From: a bacterium
GTDB taxonomy: Bacteria; Patescibacteriota; Microgenomatia; UBA1400; PJMF01
Assembly: GCA_017431625.1 (NCBI GenBank)
Contig: JAFRKQ010000018.1
Coordinates: 1-55,663, forward strand
Length of the DNA stretch: 55,663 bases
Direction of reading: 5' to 3'
This document shows, in pieces, positions 1 through 8,111 of this stretch (its first letter is position 1; every line of letters begins with the position of its first letter). A program made the translations under genes and the position numbers. A model generated the notes under the pieces. It saw only the letters and a list, made by a program, of their open reading frames with translations, was not told the DNA's origin and ran no database searches.

Positions 1-35
1 CTTTTTTGGTGGGGCACTCCAAAAAAGTCGAAACC
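1..35. repeat. Partial copy of the hairpin end of the 92-bp repeat family
   Basis: CTTTTTTGG-N9-CCAAAAAAG hairpin, then TCGAAAC. The 16-mer CCAAAAAAGTCGAAAC is identical to 3524-3539. Truncated by the window edge. Confidence 0.5.
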
Positions 36-65
36 GATATCGTAGATGTTTTGTTTATTAGATTT

Positions 66-1655
66 TTACTTATCTTGACCCACTATATACCAGCCCAATG
101 ATTGATTGTGTCCTGCTGCACTCATTGTCGCTTGATAATGTGGATAGACAATGGAATAATTCACCGGTGTCACCAAGTCATATTTATAGTAGTTACTCGC
201 CGCATTAGTGCTTTCAGGTGCATAGAAGTGACAGTATTGGTCAAAATCACACAGGAAAATATTGTAGGTAGCACTAGCTTCAGGCCAAGTTTTAATTACC
301 CATGCTGGCAAAAAGTACTCCAGCGGCACTCGTAGATTTTGATTGAGAATCACCAATGCCCGTTGATCCGTTGGATATGACGACAGCTCACTGATAAACT
401 CCTGATAATCACCAAATGCATTGACTCGAGCAATCTTCATTAGTCCTGTCACTTCTACACCTATTAGTGCCACGGTTAGGATCACCATCGCTTTGGGAAA
501 AATTTGACTCCACCTATAGGCCAGCCCACTACCAAACACCCAAATGTAAGGCAAGAGACAATACAGGAAATAATCTGGTTTATCACCTTTGTAAAACAGC
601 CTGAGAGTAATGACTGCACTCCACCAAATGGCAAATGGCCACAGACAAGCGCGCCAGCGCAATTTTAATCCGCTCGCCCACAATTCCCAAAGTTGCCAGA
701 CATATCCCAACATCACTCCCCAAAAAATTACCACCATAATAATCATCACTGGTGAGAAGACCACTTCCAATGTTTTTTCATAAAGCTGTTGCCAATCAGA
801 TAAAAATAAATGACCACTGATTGCCCGTCCATAAAATCCAGGAAAAAAGTAGAGCCAAAAAATGGGTTTGCGCAATCTTTCACTCGTGCCACTTTGGCCA
901 ATAAAAGCCAATGCTGCCCGAACATTACTCCAGCCATGAGTGATTTCAAAATGTAAATACGGACTCACGGTCACTAGTGCTATAATTACCCCCACCAAGA
1001 TGGTCTTTCTGGAGACACGCCAGCGTTTGAGTGCCATCAGTAAGCACATCAGTCCTGCCAGTAAAAGAATAAACCACTGAAAATGTAAATTGGCAAAAGC
1101 CACAAAACTAAGAATTACCCCAAGTAGTCCGATTTGTCGCCGTTCAAACAACCACAAATGACTGATCAAAAGAAAAAAAAGTGTGACCAAAGGGATTAAA
1201 TTAGGATTCCAGCTAGCCGTCGATGCTGACATTATCATGGGTGCTAGACACCAACTAACAATAGCAAGTAAAGACAATTTCCAACCTTGTGGCCACAGTT
1301 TTTGTAAATACCAATAAAGTAAGACCGGAGTACAGCTTTCCAAAATCATAATCATCCACACCATCGCGTAAAAATAGTCAGCACCTAAACTTTGAGCCAA
1401 TAGCTGTAAATAATAATATCCCGGTAAAACGCTAAAATTGGAATAACTAGCGGCCGCCGGTCCCAATGGAATATAAAAGTCTTTTTGTTCCAAATGTTGT
1501 TTGATAAACAAATAGTCACGCACCGCATCTTGATCGAAATATTGATGCTCAGAGAAGAATATTGTTTTGCACCCAAAAGCAAAAAGCCAAATCGCAACAC
1601 TAATCATCAACAATTGGTGGTGCTTATTGAGCCACTTTTTCCATTCTGTCCTCAT
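66..1655 (-). CDS. Polytopic membrane protein, GT-C (ArnT/PMT-like) glycosyltransferase-type
   Basis: ORF 66..1778. Its first 41 codons read through the 92-bp repeat, so the start is moved to ATG 1655 (MRTEWKKWLNKHH). More than 10 hydrophobic helices precede a soluble C-terminal part. The family call is by overall architecture only. Confidence 0.6.
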   Translation of the reverse strand: MRTEWKKWLNKHHQLLMISVAIWLFAFGCKTIFFSEHQYFDQDAVRDYLFIKQHLEQKDFYIPLGPAAASYSNFSVLPGYYYLQLLAQSLGADYFYAMVWMIMILESCTPVLLYWYLQKLWPQGWKLSLLAIVSWCLAPMIMSASTASWNPNLIPLVTLFFLLISHLWLFERRQIGLLGVILSFVAFANLHFQWFILLLAGLMCLLMALKRWRVSRKTILVGVIIALVTVSPYLHFEITHGWSNVRAALAFIGQSGTSERLRKPIFWLYFFPGFYGRAISGHLFLSDWQQLYEKTLEVVFSPVMIIMVVIFWGVMLGYVWQLWELWASGLKLRWRACLWPFAIWWSAVITLRLFYKGDKPDYFLYCLLPYIWVFGSGLAYRWSQIFPKAMVILTVALIGVEVTGLMKIARVNAFGDYQEFISELSSYPTDQRALVILNQNLRVPLEYFLPAWVIKTWPEASATYNIFLCDFDQYCHFYAPESTNAASNYYKYDLVTPVNYSIVYPHYQATMSAAGHNQSLGWYIVGQDK

Positions 1656-1693
1656 AGGGGGTATTATACCACAGGCCAAAAGATAGCTTCCCG

Positions 1694-1785
1694 ATTTATT
1701 CCCGCACAATTGCCGCAGAATTAACGCAAGGTCTGGTGATGACCAGTTTCGACTTTTTTGGAATTGTATTCCAAACAAGTCGAAG
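1694..1785. repeat. 92-bp repeat, copy B (three 11-bp TGCGnnAAT iterons on the minus strand plus an AT-rich hairpin)
   Basis: Shares the identical 24-mer ATTTATTCCCGCACAATTGCCGCA and 22-mer TTTTTTGGAATTGTATTCCAAA with 3447-3540, in direct orientation. Confidence 0.85.
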
Positions 1786-1807
1786 TAAAACTATGTATTA
1801 TAAGACA

Positions 1808-1845
1808 CAAAATGACCTGGCGCTTTTTGAACCGCGAGGTCATTT
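1808..1845 (-). terminator. Possible hairpin terminator downstream of the 157-aa gene
   Basis: Imperfect inverted repeat AATGACCTGGCG...CGCGAGGTCATT with T-rich flanks on both strands. Confidence 0.3.
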
Positions 1846-1946
1846 CACTTTTTATCCTTGTGTGATTCAAGCCGTTCTTCAGGTCTTTTTTATCGCGGAG
1901 CCTCAGGGATTACCCCATATTTAACCGCTTTAGTTTTGGGAAGTGG

Positions 1947-2420
1947 CTAGCATCTAACCATCCGTATCCGACTCAGCTGCACTAGTGACAAATGTTCGGC
2001 TTTGAATTCTTCCTCAAGTTCATGATAAAAATCATCATGATCGGTGTTTTCCTCAGAATTCGAATACCAATATCCAAGTAAGCTTCCAGTCAACTTTATG
2101 GCTTCATACAAATAGCCCTCAGCTGTTACTCTATCACACAGCTTATCAGAGTCAGCAAAAGCAAAAGTCATGTGTAAGAGTTCCTCAAGCCCGTAGATGT
2201 AGTGCAACCAGTTATGGTAGGGATTCAATGCTTCAAAGCAACCTCTCAGACAGGCGTATGCCTCGCGATCGATACCGTAAAATTCACTTTCCCACTCACC
2301 GCAAGAGCCTTCGCCAACCCAATCGTCAAAATTGCATTCCAACCTTACCAGTTCACTATGAAGTCTTCCCATAGCTGTTTTTATGTTTATAGTTATCACC
2401 TCCTCCATTGATATTTTCAA
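1947..2420 (-). CDS. Hypothetical acidic W/Y/E-rich protein, 157 aa
   Basis: Clean ORF. The track start at 2420 is TTG; the first ATG is at 2408. No motif recognised. Divergent from the Fic gene and inside the repeat-bracketed module. Confidence 0.55.
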   Translation of the reverse strand: MKISMEEVITINIKTAMGRLHSELVRLECNFDDWVGEGSCGEWESEFYGIDREAYACLRGCFEALNPYHNWLHYIYGLEELLHMTFAFADSDKLCDRVTAEGYLYEAIKLTGSLLGYWYSNSEENTDHDDFYHELEEEFKAEHLSLVQLSRIRMVRC

Positions 2421-2539
2421 AGAACGACTTGATTATATCACAACTTATCAATTTTGTCAATAAGTAATTTGCGCGAGATACGCATTTTCAGCACATATTG
2501 ATCACATTATGCACACAAACTCTTGCCGACTTCACAAAT

Positions 2540-2568
2540 TTGCATTTTACGCGCAAATATGATATAAA
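2540..2568 (+). promoter_or_regulatory. Sigma70-like promoter of the Fic gene
   Basis: TTGCAT (2540-2545), 17-nt spacer, TGATATAAA with -10 at 2563-2568. The ATG lies 6 nt downstream. Confidence 0.55.
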
Positions 2569-2574
2569 CCAGGC

Positions 2575-3447
2575 ATGACAAAAACCTCGACACGTTTTTT
2601 TGATGATTGGCCGATAACAGCGGTTTGGATTGACACAGATCAACAGTGGTATTTCTCCACACTTGATATTATTGCAGCCGTCAACAGGCAAAAAGACGAT
2701 ACGATCAATAGAGTCACCTGGGAAAAATTGCACCAAAATCTCAACGCTCAAGACAGTAACAAACACATTAATATTCGTCAAGCCACGCTCACCGATCGTA
2801 ACGGCCGCAAATACACGTCGCCAATTCTCAATTATGAACTAACACTTGAGTTGCTTAAATTAATGCCGGGAGCGCATGTTAATCGTTTTTTGGAATGGTT
2901 TATTTACAGCGACCGTAGCCTCGATGGCCAAAGCAAAAATAAAGCTTATACGCTTTTTGACAGTCGAGAACTTAATCAAATCGAGGTGGGCACTACTCAC
3001 GGTTTGCAACAAATTCACGCTTATCTTTTTGCTGGTCTTTACGATTTTGCCGGCCAAATCCGCACTGTCAATATCGCCAAAGGCAATTTCAAATTTGCCA
3101 ACGCGCAGTTTTTACCCACTATTCTTTCACAAATTGACGCAATGCCAGAAAACAGTTTTGATGATATCATTGACAAATACGTGGAAATGAATGTCGCTCA
3201 TCCTTTTCGTGAAGGTAATGGTCGTGCAGGACGCATTTGGCTTGACTTGATGCTCAAAAAAAACTTAAAACAATGTGTTGACTGGAGTTTGGTGGATAAA
3301 TACGCTTATTTAGATGCTATGAAACTCAGCGTTACCGATAGTGTCACCCTCAAAAAATTACTCAAGCCTGCCTTAACCAACCAAATTGACAATCGCGAGT
3401 TTTTTATGAAAGGCATTGACTATTCTTATTATTACGAGGAAGCATAA
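2575..3447 (+). CDS. fic: Fic-domain AMP-transferase, class III (NmFic-like) core with an extra N-terminal domain of about 100 aa
   Basis: Fic motif [12 protein letters not shown]. The C-terminal 190 aa align by eye along their whole length with Neisseria NmFic as I recall it ([25 protein letters not shown] ... DNRE.F.KGI..SYYYE). C-terminal inhibitory helix is SYYYEE. Confidence 0.9.
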   Translation: MTKTSTRFFDDWPITAVWIDTDQQWYFSTLDIIAAVNRQKDDTINRVTWEKLHQNLNAQDSNKHINIRQATLTDRNGRKYTSPILNYELTLELLKLMPGAHVNRFLEWFIYSDRSLDGQSKNKAYTLFDSRELNQIEVGTTHGLQQIHAYLFAGLYDFAGQIRTVNIAKGNFKFANAQFLPTILSQIDAMPENSFDDIIDKYVEMNVAHPFREGNGRAGRIWLDLMLKKNLKQCVDWSLVDKYAYLDAMKLSVTDSVTLKKLLKPALTNQIDNREFFMKGIDYSYYYEEA

Positions 3448-3540
3448 TTTATTCCCGCACAATTGCCGCAATATTAACGCACGACCTAGAGATAACAGGT
3501 TTTGACTTTTTTGGAATTGTATTCCAAAAAAGTCGAAACT
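3447..3540. repeat. 92-bp repeat, copy C
   Basis: Starts on the last base of the Fic stop codon. Minus strand reads TGCGTTAATAT TGCGGCAATTG TGCGGGAATAA. Perfect hairpin GACTTTTTTGGAAT-TGT-ATTCCAAAAAAGTC at 3504-3534. Confidence 0.85.
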
Positions 3541-3753
3541 ACCATTTTTCCTTGATTTAGAGTGATTATTTGGCCGGACAAGTAACAAAATATCAGTCAC
3601 CGCCTTTCCGTTGTTACGATAGACAATTTCACTTAATTACTTTTGATGGGTTGCGATAGATAATTCCACTCAATTGCTTGTGATTAGCTTCGACCACTTT
3701 TGAATGATGTAAGCCAGCTTAATTCCGCTATTTTTCGTGGTATAATTGAGCAT

Positions 3754-6030
3754 ATGGACAGCAAATACAATCACAAACTCTACGAGCAAAAAATCACTGA
3801 TTTATGGGAAAAAAATCATATAAGCGAGCCGCGAGACGAAACCCAAGGTCAGCCGGTTTTTTCGCTGGTTTTGCCCCCACCCAATGCCAATGATCCCCTT
3901 CACGTGGGACACGCGATGTACACCATTGAGGATATTTTGGTGCGTTTTCACCGCATGCGCGGTGATGATACTCTTTGGATACCTGGTGCTGATCATGCCG
4001 GCATTGAGACGCAGTTCGTTTTTGAAAAAAAACTCCAAAAGCAAGGTCAATCGCGCTTTCAATTTGACCGTGAGACTTTGTACCAAAAAATTTGGGATTA
4101 TGTCCAAGAAAATACTGGTGTCGCCCGCGAACAGCTCACTCGCTTGGGCTTTAGTGTGGATTGGTCGCGCTTTCAATACACCCTCAATCCCGCGATCGTC
4201 AAAAGCGTTCTTCATACTTTTGAGCATTTACAAAAAGAAGGTCTGCTCTATCGTGATTTACAACTGGTCAATTATTGCACCAAATGTGGCACGGCTTTTT
4301 CTGACCTCGAGGTCAAGCATCAAGCCGCTAAAACTAAACTCTATTACCTGAAATATGGGCCGTTTGTCCTGGCAACCACCCGCCCCGAGACCAAATTTGG
4401 CGATACGGCCGTGGCCGTCCACCCGGATGACGAACGCTATCAACATTTGATTGGTCAAACAATTGAAGTCCAAGGTGTCAACGGACCTTTCCGTGTCCGG
4501 GTGATTGCCGACGACTACGTCGATCGTGAGTTTGGTACTGGTGCGGTCAAAATTACTCCTTTACATGATCACAATGACTATGCCGTTTGGCAGCGCCACA
4601 AAGACGAGTTGCCAGAGCCAATTCAAGTCATTGATTACCAAGGAAAAATGACCACAGCCGCTGGACGCTTCGCCGGCATGAGTGTCAATGCTGCCCGCGA
4701 GGCCGTGGTGGCTGCAATGCAAGAGTTGGGTCTAATTGACCACATTGATGATAAATACGAGAATCAACTATCTTGTTGCTATCGCTGCGGGCGGACACTC
4801 GAACCACTCCCCAAAGTGCAGTTTTTTGTCCGGATCAAACCACTCACCAAGCCAATTATCAAAAAACTCGATGCTGGCGAAATCAAAGTTTTTGGCGCTG
4901 GTTATGACAAGATTTTGCGCAATTGGCTAACCAATTTACATGACTGGAATATTAGTCGACAGATTGTTTGGGGTATTCGTATGCCCATGTGGTACCGTGT
5001 GACTCCAGACTCGCCAATTGAAGTCTCTTTTTTGACCACCGAAAGCCCCAAAAACGCCGCTACGCAAAATTATCGTATCAAAGAGCTCGGCGACAATAAA
5101 TGGCTTATTTCTGGCACTTTAAGCCAAATTTTGCCCGCCTATGATCTTGAAACCATTAAGGCTGGCCTTCAGACAGTTGATGCCCCCATTACTGTCCCCT
5201 ACTCACTTGATATCGACAACAATCAAGACCACACTCACGACATTCAAGAGACTGACACTTTTGACACTTGGTTTTCTTCCAGTCAGTGGCCATTTGTGAC
5301 TTTGCAAAATACACGTCCAGGCGATTTTGAGCGCTTCTACCCTACCACCGTCATGGAAACAGGCTACGATATTTTGCCCTTCTGGGTGATGCGTATGCTC
5401 ATGATGGGTCAGTTTGAGACCGGAAAACTCCCATTTGCCAATATTTATCTCCATGGACTCGTGCGCGACAGCAAGGGGCAAAAAATGAGCAAATCCAAAG
5501 GCAATGTCATCAACCCGCTCGAGGTAGCAGAAAAATACGGTGCCGACAGTTTGCGTTTTGCTCTCGTGGTCCGCTCTAGCGCTGGCCAGGATAAATCCAT
5601 CGGTGAGCAGGACTTCAAGGCTGCCCGCAATCTCACCAATAAACTCTGGAATGCCGCTCGTTTTGTCCAACTACTCTCTGACGAACAAAAAAATACCACT
5701 GGTCAAGAAAAAACCAATGAGGACTTTAAGACCAAAATCAATGAGCTAGTTAAGCAAATCACCAATTGTCTGGAGAATTATAAGCCTGGACTAGCCGCTG
5801 ATTTACTTTACGATAGCTTTTGGCATTTTTTCTGTGATGAAGCCATTGAGAATTGCAAAAAAGGCGTACTCTCCCCCACTCTCTTACGCCGCGGCTTGCT
5901 TGTTTATCTCAAGCTCTGGCATCCATTCATTCCTTTTGTAACTGAACAAATTTGGCAAGAATTTGGTATAATTAATGATGATGCAACAATCCTCGCCCTC
6001 GCCCACTGGCCAAACCCATCAACACTCTAA
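3754..6030 (+). CDS. valS: Valyl-tRNA synthetase (short form without the long C-terminal coiled coil)
   Basis: HIGH-type motif PLHVGHAM, KMSKS motif, and the ValRS-typical TRPETKFGDTAVAVHPDDERY. The ORF opens at TTG 3700, but TGGTATAAT at 3738-3746 places the start at ATG 3754. Confidence 0.95.
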   Translation: MDSKYNHKLYEQKITDLWEKNHISEPRDETQGQPVFSLVLPPPNANDPLHVGHAMYTIEDILVRFHRMRGDDTLWIPGADHAGIETQFVFEKKLQKQGQSRFQFDRETLYQKIWDYVQENTGVAREQLTRLGFSVDWSRFQYTLNPAIVKSVLHTFEHLQKEGLLYRDLQLVNYCTKCGTAFSDLEVKHQAAKTKLYYLKYGPFVLATTRPETKFGDTAVAVHPDDERYQHLIGQTIEVQGVNGPFRVRVIADDYVDREFGTGAVKITPLHDHNDYAVWQRHKDELPEPIQVIDYQGKMTTAAGRFAGMSVNAAREAVVAAMQELGLIDHIDDKYENQLSCCYRCGRTLEPLPKVQFFVRIKPLTKPIIKKLDAGEIKVFGAGYDKILRNWLTNLHDWNISRQIVWGIRMPMWYRVTPDSPIEVSFLTTESPKNAATQNYRIKELGDNKWLISGTLSQILPAYDLETIKAGLQTVDAPITVPYSLDIDNNQDHTHDIQETDTFDTWFSSSQWPFVTLQNTRPGDFERFYPTTVMETGYDILPFWVMRMLMMGQFETGKLPFANIYLHGLVRDSKGQKMSKSKGNVINPLEVAEKYGADSLRFALVVRSSAGQDKSIGEQDFKAARNLTNKLWNAARFVQLLSDEQKNTTGQEKTNEDFKTKINELVKQITNCLENYKPGLAADLLYDSFWHFFCDEAIENCKKGVLSPTLLRRGLLVYLKLWHPFIPFVTEQIWQEFGIINDDATILALAHWPNPSTL

Positions 6031-6040
6031 CCTTGCTGGT

Positions 6041-6625
6041 TTGGAAACAATTGGCAATCTTCTCTTGTGTCCATTTTTTGTCATCTTACTTTTATGGTCA
6101 CAAGTTAGCGACTGCGGCCGCTTTTTAGCCACTAGATTTACTTATCGCCTTGATCAATTCAATTATAAACTAACAGTCGCCATCGACACGCTACCTCTTT
6201 CTTTTACCAATAAATATCGACTCATGATGACGGCAGCCTGGCTACCAACGATCGTCCTGGCCGGCATCGCTGTTTATTTAAGCTGTGGCGTGATCTCTGA
6301 AAATATAGCCATTGCGCGTCAAAAAGCCTATACCCAGGAGTCATTGGAGAATTACACTATAGAATCGAGGATTATTAATGCTAGTTGGCCAGAAGAGTTA
6401 CAAGAATCCACCCAAGCCGCTCAAATCCTGCTTAGCGAAGATCAACTGCTGAAACTAACTCGCCAATACAATCAATTGTCAAATGAAGAAATTGTCAACT
6501 TAAGCCAAGCAGAAAAGATAAATTTAGCCTTGGTATATTATTACTACGGTAACCAAACTCAATACCAGCATTTCCTACAAGAAGCAAGGATCATGGATCC
6601 AAACGATCGGATCTTTGCCAGATAG
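6041..6625 (+). CDS. Hypothetical membrane-anchored protein
   Basis: ORF 5975..6625 overlaps the valS 3' end. Candidate starts are TTG 6041, ATG 6224 or ATG 5975. One or two hydrophobic segments, then a Q/E/N-rich tail. No motif recognised. Confidence 0.35.
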   Translation: METIGNLLLCPFFVILLLWSQVSDCGRFLATRFTYRLDQFNYKLTVAIDTLPLSFTNKYRLMMTAAWLPTIVLAGIAVYLSCGVISENIAIARQKAYTQESLENYTIESRIINASWPEELQESTQAAQILLSEDQLLKLTRQYNQLSNEEIVNLSQAEKINLALVYYYYGNQTQYQHFLQEARIMDPNDRIFAR

Positions 6626-6750
6626 ATGACGACAGAGTAGGGGAGAGTCAATTTTACCTCCCCCAACTACCGTCAGCAGAGTAGCAATAATACCCAAAAG
6701 AATCTAAAGTCTCCAGATAGAAAGTCAATATTATAGCGATGTATAGGAAA

Positions 6751-6787
6751 AGTTTCACGTGAAGCCTAAATTGCTCCACGTGAAAAC
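6751..6787. promoter_or_regulatory. Two parS-like sites (ParB centromere-type palindromes)
   Basis: AGTTTCACGTGAAGCC (6751-6766) and TGCTCCACGTGAAAAC (6772-6787). Each matches 13 of 16 positions of TGTTNCACGTGAAACA. About 5 kb from the DnaA-box cluster. Confidence 0.55.
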
Positions 6788-6811
6788 CAGGCATTTTAGC
6801 CTGGAATTTTT
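6787..6811 (+). terminator. Hairpin plus T-tract
   Basis: CCAGGC-ATTTTA-GCCTGG followed by AATTTTT. It lies about 160 nt after the nearest + strand stop codon, so the assignment is uncertain. Confidence 0.3.
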
Positions 6812-6893
6812 GTAATAAAATGTCAATCTGTAGACGGATTGTGATCTACTTTTCTTGCCCTGTTGAACACATTTTACACATCAGTGGTATAAT

Positions 6894-7232
6894 ATGGCTT
6901 CTATGCATCGACGCCGAGGTAAACACACCACTGTTATTGAAGGACTAGAACCACTTTTGCGTATACTTGATCGTCATCCAGAAATCGAGGTCGCTTTTGG
7001 GCGAATCACTACGGGTTTACCCACTGGACACCACATACTCAAGATTCATCAACTGAGTGGGGGAGTGGAGGCTGTTTTTCGTGGGACCAGAACCAAACAA
7101 ATCCTCCACCTTTATGGCAATGGAGAGACGATCGAAAAGCTTTTGTTAGAGCAGGCCGGCGAAAAGATGATTGTCAAGACAGCCAAAACAACATCGACAC
7201 AGCCCAATGGTAAACATTTTCCAGTGATCTAA
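6894..7232 (+). CDS. Hypothetical protein, about 110 aa
   Basis: Clean ORF. TGGTATAAT (-10 at 6888-6893) abuts ATG 6894. A second ATG at 6903 would fit a leaderless start. No motif recognised. Confidence 0.5.
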   Translation: MASMHRRRGKHTTVIEGLEPLLRILDRHPEIEVAFGRITTGLPTGHHILKIHQLSGGVEAVFRGTRTKQILHLYGNGETIEKLLLEQAGEKMIVKTAKTTSTQPNGKHFPVI

Positions 7233-7357
7233 TTCACCAGTTGCAAGGTGATGCAAGCAGAGTGGGGGGGGATGAGCCAAGCTTTTGTACTCAATGAGCG
7301 TGCCAAGGTAATAGTTGGTTTGTTATTAATCAGACATCATCTCGTGCGGTAGCCTAG

Positions 7358-7384
7358 CAAAAACCCCGCTTACAAAAGCGGGGC
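7358..7384 (-). terminator. Rho-independent terminator of the bL25 gene
   Basis: CCCCGCTTACAAAAGCGGGG hairpin. On the minus strand it is followed by TTTTT and sits 20 nt after the stop. Confidence 0.75.
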
Positions 7385-7404
7385 AGAATCTATTCACTTT
7401 TACT

Positions 7405-8028
7405 TCAAGCTTTCTTTTCCTCTTGCTTGGGAGCCTCAGCAGTTGCTGCCGCCTCTTCAGCTGGCTTTTCTTCCTCTACCGTCTCTTCCACCGCACTCAC
7501 CACCAAAACTGGCAGTTTTTCATCATCAATTTTGAGAGTGATTTTGGTACGATCATATTGGAGATCAGCATAAGTCACCTCATCACCAATGGCTTTTAAG
7601 GTACTCAAATCAATTTGGAAAAGCTCTGGCAACTCCATTGGCAAGCCCTCAGCTTCAACTTCATCAACTACCAAGTGATAATAGGCGCCAGGAACATTGA
7701 AAGCACCTACAACCTCCACAGGAATCATAGCCGTCACTTTTTGTTTGAGATTAACTTGGCGGAACGAGACATGAATGATACTGCTATCAATGGGATGACG
7801 CTGGACTTCACCCAACATCACCGGCGTTTCTTTGCCATTGATATCAAGATAGAGAACAGTAGACTCACTCACTTGGGCCAAAGTTTTCTCCACTTGGCGG
7901 CTATCAGCTTTCAAAGCTTTTGAACCGTCAGCACCAAACAAATTTACTGGCATAATGCCTTGTCGGCGCAATTGTTTGGCCTTTTCTTGTTCACTTCTGA
8001 TCTCAACTTTTAAAATGTGTTTTTCCAT
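7405..8028 (-). CDS. rplY: 50S ribosomal protein bL25 (Ctc form)
   Basis: N-terminus LKVEIRSEQEKAKQLRRQGIMPVNLFG is typical of L25/Ctc. Acidic/Lys-rich C-terminal tail. AAGGAAG Shine-Dalgarno lies upstream. Confidence 0.85.
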   Translation of the reverse strand: MEKHILKVEIRSEQEKAKQLRRQGIMPVNLFGADGSKALKADSRQVEKTLAQVSESTVLYLDINGKETPVMLGEVQRHPIDSSIIHVSFRQVNLKQKVTAMIPVEVVGAFNVPGAYYHLVVDEVEAEGLPMELPELFQIDLSTLKAIGDEVTYADLQYDRTKITLKIDDEKLPVLVVSAVEETVEEEKPAEEAAATAEAPKQEEKKA

Positions 8029-8111
8029 AACTTCCTTTTTTACTACACAGATGTGCTATTATACCACATTTTTGATCGATTTGCCAGAGAGAATTAGATC
8101 AACTTCGGGTT

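Noticed and set aside
1656-1778. N-terminal extensions of ORFs running through repeat elements (66..1778 first 41 codons; ORF 3373..3600; 37906..39678 first 29 codons).
   Set aside because: The same peptide (FGIQFQKS...ALILRQLCGNK) is produced wherever the 92-bp repeat is translated, so it is repeat sequence and not coding. The third case crosses a REP palindrome.
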